In this document: in pieces, positions 32,649 to 44,500 of the stretch
How positions within the stretch are numbered: position 1 is the stretch's first letter
How the letters are laid out: every line of letters starts with the position of its first letter
The notes under the pieces: generated by a model
Told to the model about the DNA's origin: nothing
Seen by the model: only the letters and a program-made list of their open reading frames with translations
The model's database searches: none
Translations under genes and position numbers: made by a program
Origin: Macrostomum hystrix
Lineage: Eukaryota > Animalia > Platyhelminthes
Length of the DNA: 64,000 nucleotides
NCBI GenBank assembly: GCA_950097015.1
Contig: CATNEN010000024.1
Coordinates: 5,580,001-5,644,000 of the forward strand
Reading direction: 5' to 3'

Positions 32649-35543
32649 ATGGCTGCAGACTCGTCGAAGTCGACCTGGCTGCTAGAGTTTACCTGGTATG
32701 CCGCAATGATCCCAGCATGCGCTGCTGCCGCAGTCGCGTTTGCCTTCGCTGCTTGTGTGTTTTACCAGCTGGGCCGCAGGTCTGGCGACGATCAGCTCGG
32801 CGCTCTGCGAGGATTCTGCGTCCTGCTGGCCACTGAGACTCTGGTCTGCGCGAGCGCCGGTGTCTGCCTGGCTCTCAAGCTGCACTTGCTAATGCTGGTG
32901 CGTCCGACAGCTGACGTTAGCGACCCGCCGTTTAACAATGCAACCACTGGTACAACGGTTGCTCCTCCTCTACACAGCGTACAGCATCACGTGTCCCCGA
33001 TCCCTCTTCTCGTGTCCTTCTACCTGACCAACTATCTGCTGTTCGTGCGCAACTATTGCATTGTGGCCAAGACCGGCCTGGCATTGCATCACGTGGCCGC
33101 TCCGATTACGGCGCGAGTGTGCCTGACCAAGACTCGCGTGCTCCTGGCTTACCTGGCCTGCTACCTACTGGCGCTAGCACCTGTGGCAGCTCGGTGAGGA
33201 CAGATTGCTGTCATTGTTCTGCTCTCTGATCTCTGACGTCTTTCAGACTTATTATTACTTAATGGAACTAAATAATCAAGCTCAGCATTTTAAATATAGC
33301 GTTAAGCAGTGCATAAAATCAAGCAGATTCATTTTTAGCTGGCCGCATCAATGCTCCCGCCTGCTTCCTTGTGACTCCATACAACTACGAGTATAATCGC
33401 ATCCTGTTGAGGAGATGGACAGGACCAGATCTCCTTCTTCCTTCATCTTGCCCAATTTTCTCACTGCACGCGCCTCGCACAAATATCCCTGACCAGCCTG
33501 ACCGCGCCAATGCCATGGGATAACTACGGGGAGGGGAAGGAAAAGGTTGGGACGACTCTCAGACGCCTGTGTGTCTGAGATGCGGATGAGGCGAAAAATC
33601 CCACCCGAAGGGGAGGCAGGGAGATTTTTGTAGGGGAAACTTTGCCTCCTGTCGGCCAGCATTTCGTCTTGAATAATCCCAGCTTGCACAGCCGCTTCCA
33701 CCGAGTCGTGTTTGCCTAATCCCCATCTGAGTCGCTTCGGGCTCACCAGGATGGCTGAGAGACAAGCCATTTATCTCGCTGTGTCTCTGCCTGCCCAACT
33801 GTCTGTTTCAATGAATTTAGTTAAATCCTTCATTATGTTTTATTCACGCCCAATAAGTTGAGCCCTCTCAACTACTCGGCCCACAGCCGTATCTGATTGG
33901 CTAATGTGAAGTGATTTGGCTTTGCCCTATTTCCTCTCCCGAGGAAAACACCTAAATTGATTGACAGTTGCTTATATTGGGCCTTAGATTTCACATTTGA
34001 AGGCAATTATTCGTTTGATATGTATTTATATAAATGTTTTCGTACTATATTCCTTTCTTGGTTTTTCTTAAGTGACTCTGCATTAATCAAGGAATGAATC
34101 ACTGGCCTAATGCTCTGCGCCTCTGGCTCGAATGCGAATGGCGTCGATAGCACGTGGACTCAATTGAGTCGAATGCTTCTTCGGCAGACATTTATCTGAG
34201 TCCACTGAGTTATGCTGATTTTAAAAAATACATTTTTGCGATTCAATTCGTGGGAACTACAAAACCTTTCGACTTAGAGCATATTACTGGAGCCAATTAA
34301 GTCGACCGTGAAGTGATAGGCTTAGGAGTGAGGTGGCTGTGGAGTGAGGTGTCTGTGGAGTGAGGTGGCTGTAGACTGAGGTGGCTGTGGAGTGAGGTGG
34401 CTGTGGAGTGAGGTGGCTGTGGAGTGAGGTGGCTGTGGAGTGAGGTGGCTGTGGAGTGAGGTGGCTGTGGAGTGAGGTGGCTGTGGAGTGAGGTGGCTGT
34501 GGAGTGAGGTGGCTGTGGAGTGAGGTGGCTGTGGAGTGAGGTGGCTGTGGAGTGAGGTGGCTCCACAATCCAATTCAATTCAATCCACAGCCATCTCGCC
34601 CACAGCCACCTCACTCCACAGCCACTTCAATCCACAGCCATCTCACCCCACAGCCACCTCAATCCACAGCCACCTCACCCCACAGCCACCTCACTCCACA
34701 GCCACACCAATCCACACAAAAACTTCACTCCTGGACCACTTTCTTTATCTAAGAACCTGAAAATGCATCTCATTAACCTATCGCAGCTTCTCAGCGGAGA
34801 ACATCGGCGACTACGTGACATCAGACGCCCTTCCTGCCTACGCCAAGCTGCTTTCAGCTAACCACGCCCTCGTGCACACCATCGTGTTCACCCTGCAGGG
34901 CCCGCTGCCGGCAGGTGTCGCCCTGCTGCTCTCCATGGCCATCGCTGTGCACCTGCTCTTTGTGCGCCGCAGTGCCCCAACCTGGTCTGTCAGCGATGGC
35001 CGCAACAGCGTCGACGCTGCCGCCGGTTCATCAGCGAGCGATCGCCTGTCGAGGCGAGCAGCTGGACGCGTACTTTTAGTAGCCGTCGCCTTCGCGGCCT
35101 GTGAGCTACCAACGGCGACTCTAGCAGTGCTGGACGTCAACACAGAGGAGACCAACGGTGTGTTGGTGACCCGGTTGCTAGGCAACCTGCTAGTGCTGGC
35201 TGACTCCTACTGCAACCTGGCCCTGGTGGCGCTGACCAATCGGAAGTTCCTGCGCCGGGCGGGCCGCATCCTGCGCTGCAGCGGCCGACCCGCCGTCCAG
35301 TCGTCGCGCAGTCGCGGAGCCGCACAAAGTGACGGCAACGCCATTATCGATGTCGGCGTCGACGGCGCGGCCGCCACGTGGATTCGTCTTCGTCGAGTTC
35401 GACGATGGTCGGCGGCTGCGGACGGCCACGATGACATTGGCGCTGGCGGCATGGTTCCTCTAGTCGCAGAGTCAGCAGAGGCGGCTGCAGACTGTTTGAG
35501 AGCAGCTTTGCCAATGCGCGGTACGATTGTGTGCCGAGTTTGA
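32649..35543 (+). CDS. Divergent rhodopsin-like 7TM GPCR (exons 32649-33193, 34787-35543; about 433 aa)
   Basis: Four hydrophobic helices in exon 1. Donor CG|GTGAG and acceptor TCGCAG|C join in phase 2. Exon 2 gives TM5 (IVFTLQGPLPAGVALLLSMAI), TM6 (VAVAFAACELP, CxxP) and TM7/H8 (LLVLADSYCNLALVALTNRKFLRR). Confidence 0.75.
34326..34720. repeat. 16-bp minisatellite arranged as an inverted pair: (GTGGAGTGAGGTGGCT)n then (CCACAGCCACCTCACT)n
   Basis: About 15 units at 34326-34562, a short spacer, then about 8 degenerate reverse-complement units to about 34715. Confidence 0.92.
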
Positions 35544-36339
35544 GCTGCCTACTACTCACTTTGACTCTGCTAACGCTTGTGCTCATTTATTCTTGTCTAG
35601 ATAAATTAATTGCTGTTTCTGTTTTATTTCTGCTTTATTTCTATTACATTTCTAAAAGCCTTCTTTCACAATGCAAGTGAAACTTTTAATTGGAATAAAA
35701 AAACTCTCATTATTTAAATACACGGCCGCAAATAAAGAAATGGTTTCTGAGCCGGGAAAAGCAGAGACAGAGATGCTTTGTTGGTACTTTTTGCTCATTC
35801 TGCTGCGCAAATGTACTATTCCATAGCAAAGTGGGTTGTCACGCCACTCTTGCATAATCTCATCAGCGACTTGGGGCATTCCCATGCGGCACTTCTGGCC
35901 TGCAGAATAGCTTATCCAGAGACAGAACTCAACTCCACTAAGGCGCCCTGGGACCATTGCCCGGAGTTTAACGTTGCGAGCTCAACGAAAGATAAAATTA
36001 TTTTGGGACGTTAGGAAAAAAGACTATTCTATAGATCGAATTGCGTTGCACTCAGCTTGACAACTTACAGGCTATGCATGTAAATATCGATTTTAATATC
36101 ACTGGAGTGGCGAATCAAAATGATCACGAATTGATTTTGTGCTGTTCAAAGGCTGCGGCAGATTTGTTATAACGCTCATGTTCTACTGGCTGCATCATCT
36201 GGCTTTCTTATACGTCCTCACACCACTGCTCACACCTGCTGAGACTAGTTGTCGTCATGTGGGATAAATGTCCGATTTGGGGATTTAGCGGATCTAAAGG
36301 CACGATTAGCTAAGTGGAGAATAACTCGACAATTGGGCT

Positions 36340-36496
36340 GAGGGCAATGGCGCATCATTTTATACCGTAAATATTTAGTGAGGAGGCAATTCTGCCCATT
36401 CCGCTGACTTGTGAGCACACAGATACTGTACCTGCAGATGTACACACACTCAAACTGCCCTGACATTCTCATCGACAGGCAGTGTACACTCTCACT
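36340..36496 (+). repeat. Dispersed/duplicated non-coding element, copy 1 (copy 2 at 49286-49458)
   Basis: Colinear shared blocks GAGGGCAATGG, GGCA(A/G)TTCTGCCCATTCCGCTGAC, CAGATACTGTAC, TCTCATCG(A/T)CAGGCAGTGTACACT. Confidence 0.75.
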
Positions 36497-36549
36497 ATTG
36501 GGACCTTGATTAGAGAGGGACAAAATCGTTAAACCCCTCTGCCAGTCTG

Positions 36550-36880
36550 GCATTGTGGTTAGACAGCTTTGCATTGTGGTTAGACAGCTTTGCATTGTGG
36601 TTAGACAGCTTTGCATTGTGGTTAGACAGCTTTGCATTGTGGTTAGACAGCTTTGCATTGTGGTTAGACAGCTTTGCATTGTGGTTAGACAGCTTTGCAT
36701 TGTGGTTAGACAGCTTTGCATTGTGGTTAGACAGCTTTGCATTGTGGTTAGACAGCTTTGCATTGTGGTTAGACAGCTTTGCACTGTGGTTAGACAGCTT
36801 TGCATTGTGGTTAGACAGCTTTGCATTGTGGTTAGACAGCTTTGCATTGTGGTTAGACAGCATTGCATTGTGGTTAGATA
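36550..36880. repeat. 21-bp minisatellite (GCATTGTGGTTAGACAGCTTT)
   Basis: About 15 near-perfect copies. Confidence 0.95.
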
Positions 36881-36995
36881 CATAAATGGAAGATCTAGGT
36901 TTTCAATATCACAGCAGTAGCGAGGTGTGTGAACATGAAGTGATTTTACCCTTCTGATTTGAGATGTCAGACTTCATTTTCAAATGTTATTTTCA

Positions 36996-37192
36996 ACGGC
37001 TGTTCAGTCCATGGACTGGGGAGACGCCACACCCACCATCATATACCCCAGCTAATCCTGGCACCCATTTAACAGCTTTGTGAACTGAAGCACTGCAGAG
37101 TTGAGTGTGTCTCTAAAGGACGCAAATTGTTCCAGTGGAGTCTAGAATCGAACCCCCGACCATAATTCGTGAGTCCGGCGCTCTAACCAGGG
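36996..37192 (-). mobile_element. tRNA-derived SINE, family copy
   Basis: Minus strand: A-box TGGTTAGAGCG, B-box GGTTCGATTC, central GCTGTTAAATGGGTGCC, 3' CCCCAGTCCATGGACTGAACAGCCGT. Homologous copies at about 44100-44330 (+), 44700-44810 (-), 55218-55765 (-, interrupted) and 59955-60190 (-). Confidence 0.7.
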
Positions 37193-37839
37193 CTAAAATC
37201 CTTCGTAGCCTAGGTAATCTGAGCAATTAGCTAAATATGAGCCATCTAGTTAATCTGAATTCCAGAATCTCCACTTCAAAGTTTCCCAATTACGTGATCA
37301 TCTGTCAATAAATATAAAATTATATATATGAATTTACGAAGCTTAACGCCCAAATCCGGACCAATATTGGCCAGTACAACATTGTTTTGCTTTTCTGAGC
37401 ATACCGAGTACATTATTATTATGATCAGATTGCGTTTGCAATCTCAGGTGCTTAAATTTAATGATTTTTTTTCTTTGAAAGAAGTTAAATTAATAAATTG
37501 TGAAAATAGCTCACTGGTGTACATACGACACAGGTGGGCATGTTACACTATTCAGGGATTTTTATGATAGCTAGCAACTAAAGAAGGCCTGCCTTATTAT
37601 AAAAAAGCTTCAAAAGGAGTCACTTGAAATTCAGACAGTTCAAGAAGACCAAATAGATATTATTTGTAGACAACATACTACTAGTAGCTTCTGTTGTTAA
37701 TAACTTGCAGATGTGCAAAACCAATCTGAGAAATTATTTACCAGCATTAGGCAATAAATTTGAAATAGAAAAATAGCAATGCCCTGATATCGCCATGAAG
37801 GTGTTAGGGGCTGTTAGATGTGCCCACTTTCTCTGTCTA

Positions 37840-38470
37840 ATCTGTCTACTCTGTCTACTCTGTCTACTTTGTCCACTCTGTCCACTCTGTCTACTCTGTC
37901 TACTCTGTCTACTCTGTCTACTCGTCTACTGTGTCTACTCGTCTACTCTGTCTACTCTGTCTACTCTATCCATTCTATCTACTCTGTCTACTCTATCTAC
38001 TCTGTCTACTCTATCTACTCTGTCTAATCTATCTACTCTGTCTACTCTGTCTACTCTGTCCACTCTGTCTACTCTGTCTTCTATGTCTACTATGTCTACT
38101 CTATCTACTCTGTCTACTCTATCTACACTGTCTACTCTATCTACTCTGTCTACTCTATCTACTCTGTCTACTCTATCTACTCTGTCAACTCTGTCTACTG
38201 TGTCTACTCTATCTACTCTGTCTGCTCTGTTCACTCTGTCCACTCTGTCTACTCTGTCTACTCTGTCCACTCTGTCTACTCTGTCCACTCTGTCTACTCT
38301 GTCTAATCTATCTACTCTGTCTACTCAGTCTACTCTGTCCACTCTGTCTACTCTGCCCACTCTGTCTACTCTGCCCACTCTGTCTACTCTGTCTAATCTA
38401 TCTACTCTGTCTACTCTATCTACTCTGTCTACTCTGTCTACACTGTCTACTCTGTCTACTCTGTCTCTCT
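37840..38470. repeat. 9-bp minisatellite (CTACTCTGT)
   Basis: About 70 degenerate units beginning about 45 bp 3' of the iGluR-A stop. Confidence 0.93.
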
Positions 38471-38513
38471 ACTACCCTCGCTATCATGCCACTCCTGAGT
38501 TAGCAGCTAAATC

Positions 38514-41500
38514 TCAGAAGAATTTTAAATCCAGAGGTGATTTCTTGAGTCCGTGAGTCCACAGCAGCTCCAGCAGCAGCAGCAGCAGGCCGCAAGCGTA
38601 CAGGCAGCCGGTGACTATGTACGCACCGGCCACGCCGTCCATGTTAATGGCGTCAGCTTCGGCTGTGACGCCGGACACAACGCAGTCAGGATTCGAAATT
38701 GGAAAATACTTCAGGTTGAGCCGGTTACCAATGCCCGACTCCTGGGCCTTCTCAAGCCTGCGGGCGTGCGCAGAAACGAGCTTGAATCCTACCACAGTGT
38801 TTCACATCCCACAACAGTGTGTCACGTCCTACCAGTGTGTCACATCCCACAACAGTGTGTCACATCCTACCAGTGTGTCACATCCCACAACAGTGTGTCA
38901 CATCCTACCAGTGTGTCACGTCCCACCACACTGTGTCACATCCTACCACAGTGTTTCATATCCAACCACACTGTGTCACGTCCTACCAGTGTGTCACATC
39001 CCACAACAGTGTGTCACGTCCTACCAGTGTGTCACATCCCACAACAGTGTGTCACATCCCACAACAGTGTGTCACATCCCACAACAGTGTGTCACATCCC
39101 ACAACAGTGTGTCACATCCCACAACAGTGTGTCACATCCCACAACAGTGTGTCACATCCCACAACAGTGTGTCACATCCCACAACAGTGTGTCACATCCC
39201 ACAACAGTGTGTCACATCCCACAACAGTGTGTCACATCCCACAACAGTGTGTCACATCCCACAACAGTGTGTCACATCCTACCAGTGTGTCACATCCCAC
39301 AACAGTGTGTCACATCCTACCAGTGTGTCACATCCCACAACAGTGTGTCACATCCTACAACAGTGTGTCACATCCTACCACAGTGTGTCACATCCTACCA
39401 CAGTGTGTCACATCCCCCCACAGTGTGTCAAATCCTACCACAATGTCCCAGATCCTACCACAATGTTCCACATCATATCATAATTTTCAACACAATTTTC
39501 TCTCTCCATGGAGACACTTTGATACAATGTGAATTGAACTTGGAAGATGGCCTAGTGACAGAAATGGGTGTGAAGAATCCTTCGAAAGGAACTATTTTTC
39601 ATAATATTATAGTTTTTATAGTTTTTATAAAAATCATTTTTTGTTTATGGGTAATGAGATTCATAAAAATCCTATTTTTCGCTCGTGACTGGTAGAACCT
39701 GTGAGCTCTTATGCTACGGGAATACAGTGAAACTTCGATAAGTTAAGCGCGCTGAAGTGAACAATTTCTCAGAGTCAATTAGAATGCGAAGATTTAAGAT
39801 GGGGAAAAGTGGGCAGGATTCTGCAGACCCATTTCCGGAGATGATAAAATCGGGGGTTCATAAGCTGCAAAATAGCTCACATGAAGTCGAAAGCTCGTCC
39901 GTAGAACGCATCCTTTGGATAGGCGAAGCTGAGAAAGTACGGACTAAAGACTTCGTCGGCCACGTAGAGCTGGTTGCAATAAGCATTATAATAGTGTGAG
40001 TTCACATTCTGATCAGTGATGCACACCTTGTACGGGTCGGAGTCGGTCAGCAACTAAAAAGGCGTGAGAGAGGTTGCTAATCAGTAGCTTTCGGAGTCTT
40101 TGGCACATCGTTTGGTGGCAGTAGACACGCAGCCAGCGAGATTTCACAATTTCACAAGACTTTACAAGACTTTACAAGACTTTACAAGACTTTACAAGAC
40201 TTTACAAGACTTTACAAGACTTTACAAGACTTTACAAGACTTTACAAGACTTTACAAGACTTTACAAGACTTTACAAGACTTTACAAGACTTTACAAGAC
40301 TTTACAAGACTTTACAAGACTTTACAAGACTTTACAAGACTTTACAAGACTATACAAGACTTTACAAGACTTTAGAAGACTTTAGAAGAAGTAGCTTACA
40401 CTTTGGGCGCACTGCTGCATTGTGTCCACTAGAACCATCTGCCTTTGCAGTTCATAGTACGGCCCAGATGTAGCCAGACTGATCTGCGCGTGAATGCTGG
40501 TCCCCTTGGCAACCAGCACTTTGTACTGCGGATTTGCTAATAGGTCGTTTAAGCCGCGAATTTGCATAGGAGTCACCGAGACGGTTAAATAGGCGGTGAG
40601 ATTGCCTGCGGGACAGTCAAATTGCACACACGCTCAATTGGCTGCTGTTACCCCTCCCGAAACTTGTGCCTACAACAGGATGATTTGCCAACTGGGGAAT
40701 AGCTTGCCAACTGGGGAATAGCTTGCCAACTGGGGAATAGCTTGCCAACTGGGGAATAGCTTGCCAACTGGGGAATAGCTTGCCAACTGGGGAATAGCTT
40801 GCCAACTGGGGAATAGCTTGCCAACTGGGGGAGGGGATAGCTTGCCAACTGGGGAATAGCTTGCCAACTTGGGGAGGGGATAGTTTGCCAACTGGGGAAT
40901 AGCTTGCCAACTGGGGAATAGCTTGCCAACTGGGGAATAGCTTGCCAACTGGGGAATAGCTTGCCAACTGGGGGAGGGGATAGTTTGCCAACTGGGGGAA
41001 GGGATAGCTTGCCAACTGGGGAATAGCTTGCCAACTGGGGGAGGGGATAGCTTGCCAACTGGGGAATAGCTTGCCAACTGGGGGAGGGGATAGTTTGCCA
41101 ACTGGGGAATAGCTTGCCAACTGGGGAATAGCTTGCCAACTGGGGAATAGCTTGCCAACTGGGGAATAGCTTGCCAACTGGGGAATAGCTTGCCAACTGG
41201 GGAATAGCTTGCCAACTGGGGAATAGCTTGCCAACTGGGGAATAGCTTGCCAACTGGGGAATAGCTTGCCAACTGGGGAATAGCTTGCCAACTGGGGAAT
41301 AGCTTGCCAACTGGGGGAGGGGATAGTTTGCCAACTGGGGGAGGGGAAAAATTAACTACAATAGGAAGATATTTTGCCACATGGGGGCTGCTAAGAGGGA
41401 TAAATCATTTTCTATCTGTGGCTGATGATTTTGCCCATTATAGATATCACTTAATTTTATGGATTCAAGGAAGTATTTTCTTGTTTTGTAATGAGCCCAT

Positions 41501-44500
41501 TGGTCTGAGAGAACCATCCGCCCACCTGTGTAAGAGCCAAACACAATCACGGTGAACATCCACCAGAAGGCCATGACAGTTCGCGGGCTCATTGCGAACG
41601 GATAAAAGTCCTGGCCCTGCTGGAGGAAGCTGCCCACCGCGGACCAGATGTACTCCTGCAGCCAGATCTCGTCGGCGATGGCATAGTCCAGCTGCAGGGT
41701 CCAGGCAGTGAAGGGGCTGAAGTAGGCCAGCAAGAAGGTGATCACGGCCACGGCGAATAGAGAGAAGCCCAGCATGACCCACAGGTCGATGGTGAATGGC
41801 GCGAAGATGTTCCACATGCGCGACGCAGCTGGAGGTCGCTTAGCCAGGATTGTGAGGCCCGAGGAGGTCAAGGGGACGGAGAAGTCCACGACAGGTAGGC
41901 GAAGCGTTGTAATGGCGTAGATTAGCGATACGTCGGCTGTCTGTGGACAGTTTTAGTGATTGGTTTAATCAGGCGACACAGGGGACAGGTGAAAATAATG
42001 AGAAGGGCTCGAGTGACAGGTGTAAAGTCTGAAAATTTACTGGGGTCATGGATTTAAAATGGGCTAGACAGGTAAGTTATACGACTGAATTGGGGTAGTG
42101 GGTTTAATTATATAAAACAGGTGCGAGTTATGCGACTGAATTGGGGAGGTGGATTTAATTAGATAAGACAGGTGTGAGTTAAGCTAGCGAGTTGGACGGA
42201 GGGTTTAATTAAATAAGACAACAGGTGTGGGTTATACGACGGAATTGGGGTGGTGGGTTTAATTATATAAAACAGGTGTGAGTTATGCGACTGAATTGGG
42301 GTGGTGGGTTTAATTAGATAAGACAGGTGTGAGTTATGCGACTGAATTGGGGTGGTGGGTTTAATTGGAGAAGACAGGTGAGACTTAAAGTATGTAATCA
42401 ATTTAGAGGCCTGAATCAGCTTTAACGAGCCAGCAGGTGCCCACAATGCCTCACTCCTTTCTGCAGCTCTCCAATGCAGCCAGTAAACAAAGTCGAGTTG
42501 GGGATCGGGCCGCCGAACTGCAGATCCGGTGCCTGTTTAAATATCGACCTGGCAAACGACACAGAACAGGTAAGTTTTCAGTGTTCGAAGCGTTAATCAG
42601 AAATCAAAGATGCGCTGTCACTACCTGAAGTTCATATTTTGCATCAGGAAGAAGAATATCTCCTTTATCTCGCCCGTCACATTGCCGCTCATGTCTGGAT
42701 TCGTGTTTAGGTAAGCCGTAAATGGTGGCACCTGCAATTCACGTAAAGGTTGCGATCCACTACAAAACTGGGAATAAATTATTCTAAACAGAATAGTTGA
42801 AGCTAGACAGGTGTGAGCTCACGATGGGCGCGCAGACAACCAAGGTTCGATTCTTAAAGTCAACGAAGGCGTTGGCGAACACCAGACTGCGCCCGGCGAC
42901 ATGGCGTAGAAACTGCAGACTGGTGTTTCTAGGGAAATACCTGGCACTCTCAATAAAGTCCACAGGCTGGTCGGCAAGCTCATTGTAGGTGGCCGCGAAT
43001 TCAACATAGGGAGCCTCAAGGCGGTTCGAGCTGGCGTTGTAGCTGATCACTGATCGGAAGGTGTTGAAACTCTGCAGCTGTTTGAAGAGAAGTTCGGGGT
43101 GATGCTTGGTCGATTGTGCAACAGGTGAGACTTATCTTCCAACAAGTAAAACTACCTTCCAACAGGTGAGACTACCTTCCAACAGGTGAGACTACCTTCC
43201 AACAGGTGAGACTACCTTCCAACAGGTGAGACTACCTTCCAACAGGTGAGACTACCTTCCAACAGGTGAGACTACCCTCCAACAGGTAAGACTACCTGTC
43301 TAACAGGACAGGCTACCTGTCCAACAGAAGAGGCTATTAATCTAACAGGACAGCGCAACCAAGTACATTTTATTGCCAATTATACTACTGCTACTATTAA
43401 AATACTACTCACCGATCTGACAAAATTGGCCGCAGAACCTCCGCTAACCCAGGGCTGCTCAGGAAAGCAGGAGGCATTGCTGGGTGAGTAGGAGTCGGCT
43501 GTACTATTGACAAAGTTGTTGAACGCTTTGCCCAGAGCGGCCACAGCATCGGCGAAGCGATACTCCAAGCTCTGAAAATTGCAAATTGTACATTTCGCTG
43601 CTGCTCCCAATTCTATATCTACTACTGCACAAGTAACAGTTGGCAACTACCACTGTCTAACAGATGAGACTTACCTTCCAACATTTGAGGCTACCTCTCT
43701 AACAGGTGAGACTACATCTCTAACAGGTGAGACTAACTCTCTAACAGATGAGACTTACCTTCCAACATTTGAGGCTACCTCTCTAACAGGTGAGACTACC
43801 TCTCTAACAGGTGAGGCTACCTCTCTAACAGGTGAGACTACATCTCTAACAGGTGAGACTACATCTCTAACAGGTGAGACTAACTCTCTAACAGGTGAGA
43901 CTACATCTCTAACAGGTGAGACTAACTCTCTAACAGGTGAGACTACATCTCTAGCAGGTGAGAATTACTTTCCAACAGGTGAGACTACCTCTCTAACAGG
44001 TGAGACTAACTCTTTAACTAACTCTCTAACAGGTGAGAATTACTGTCCAGCAGGTAAGAATAACTTCCAACAGCGGGGGTTGTATTGTAGCCTAGCCTAG
44101 TGGGGGTTGTAGCCTAATGGTTGCTCCATACTGGAGCAATTTTCGTCTCTCAGCAAGACAATTAACTCTGTGTGGCTTCAATTCACCCAATTGCTGAATG
44201 GGTGCTGGTTGCTTATTTTGCTAATCTTGCAATTTTGCAATTAGCTGGGGTAATTGAGGGTGGGAGTGGCGTCCCCCCAGTCCATGGACTGAACAGCCGT
44301 ACGCTCTGAAATAAAATGCACAGTGACAAACACCAGCTCGAACTTCTGCTGCTGTTCCCAACTCTAGATCTAGAAGTCCTTGCTTTGCAACACTTCTTCC
44401 CATGAACCCACCGTCACCACATCCTTGTCGCAGGCGGGGAACACGTCCTGCACCGCGGACAGGCAGGAAGCGGCGGTCGAACTCAGCAGGCCGTAGGTGG

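Noticed and set aside
36996-37192. Functional tRNA gene
   Set aside because: A/B boxes are present but there is no complete cloverleaf, and the head is fused to a body repeated elsewhere in the window, so it is a SINE.
41526-41560. Natural Lurcher-type substitution in M3
   Set aside because: The Thr is at motif position 7; the Lurcher position (A8) is still Ala in both copies.
43579-44100. Mucin-like TSLTGET ORF on the plus strand
   Set aside because: It is the 21-bp intron-5 array read antisense to iGluR-A; no signal peptide or supporting exons.
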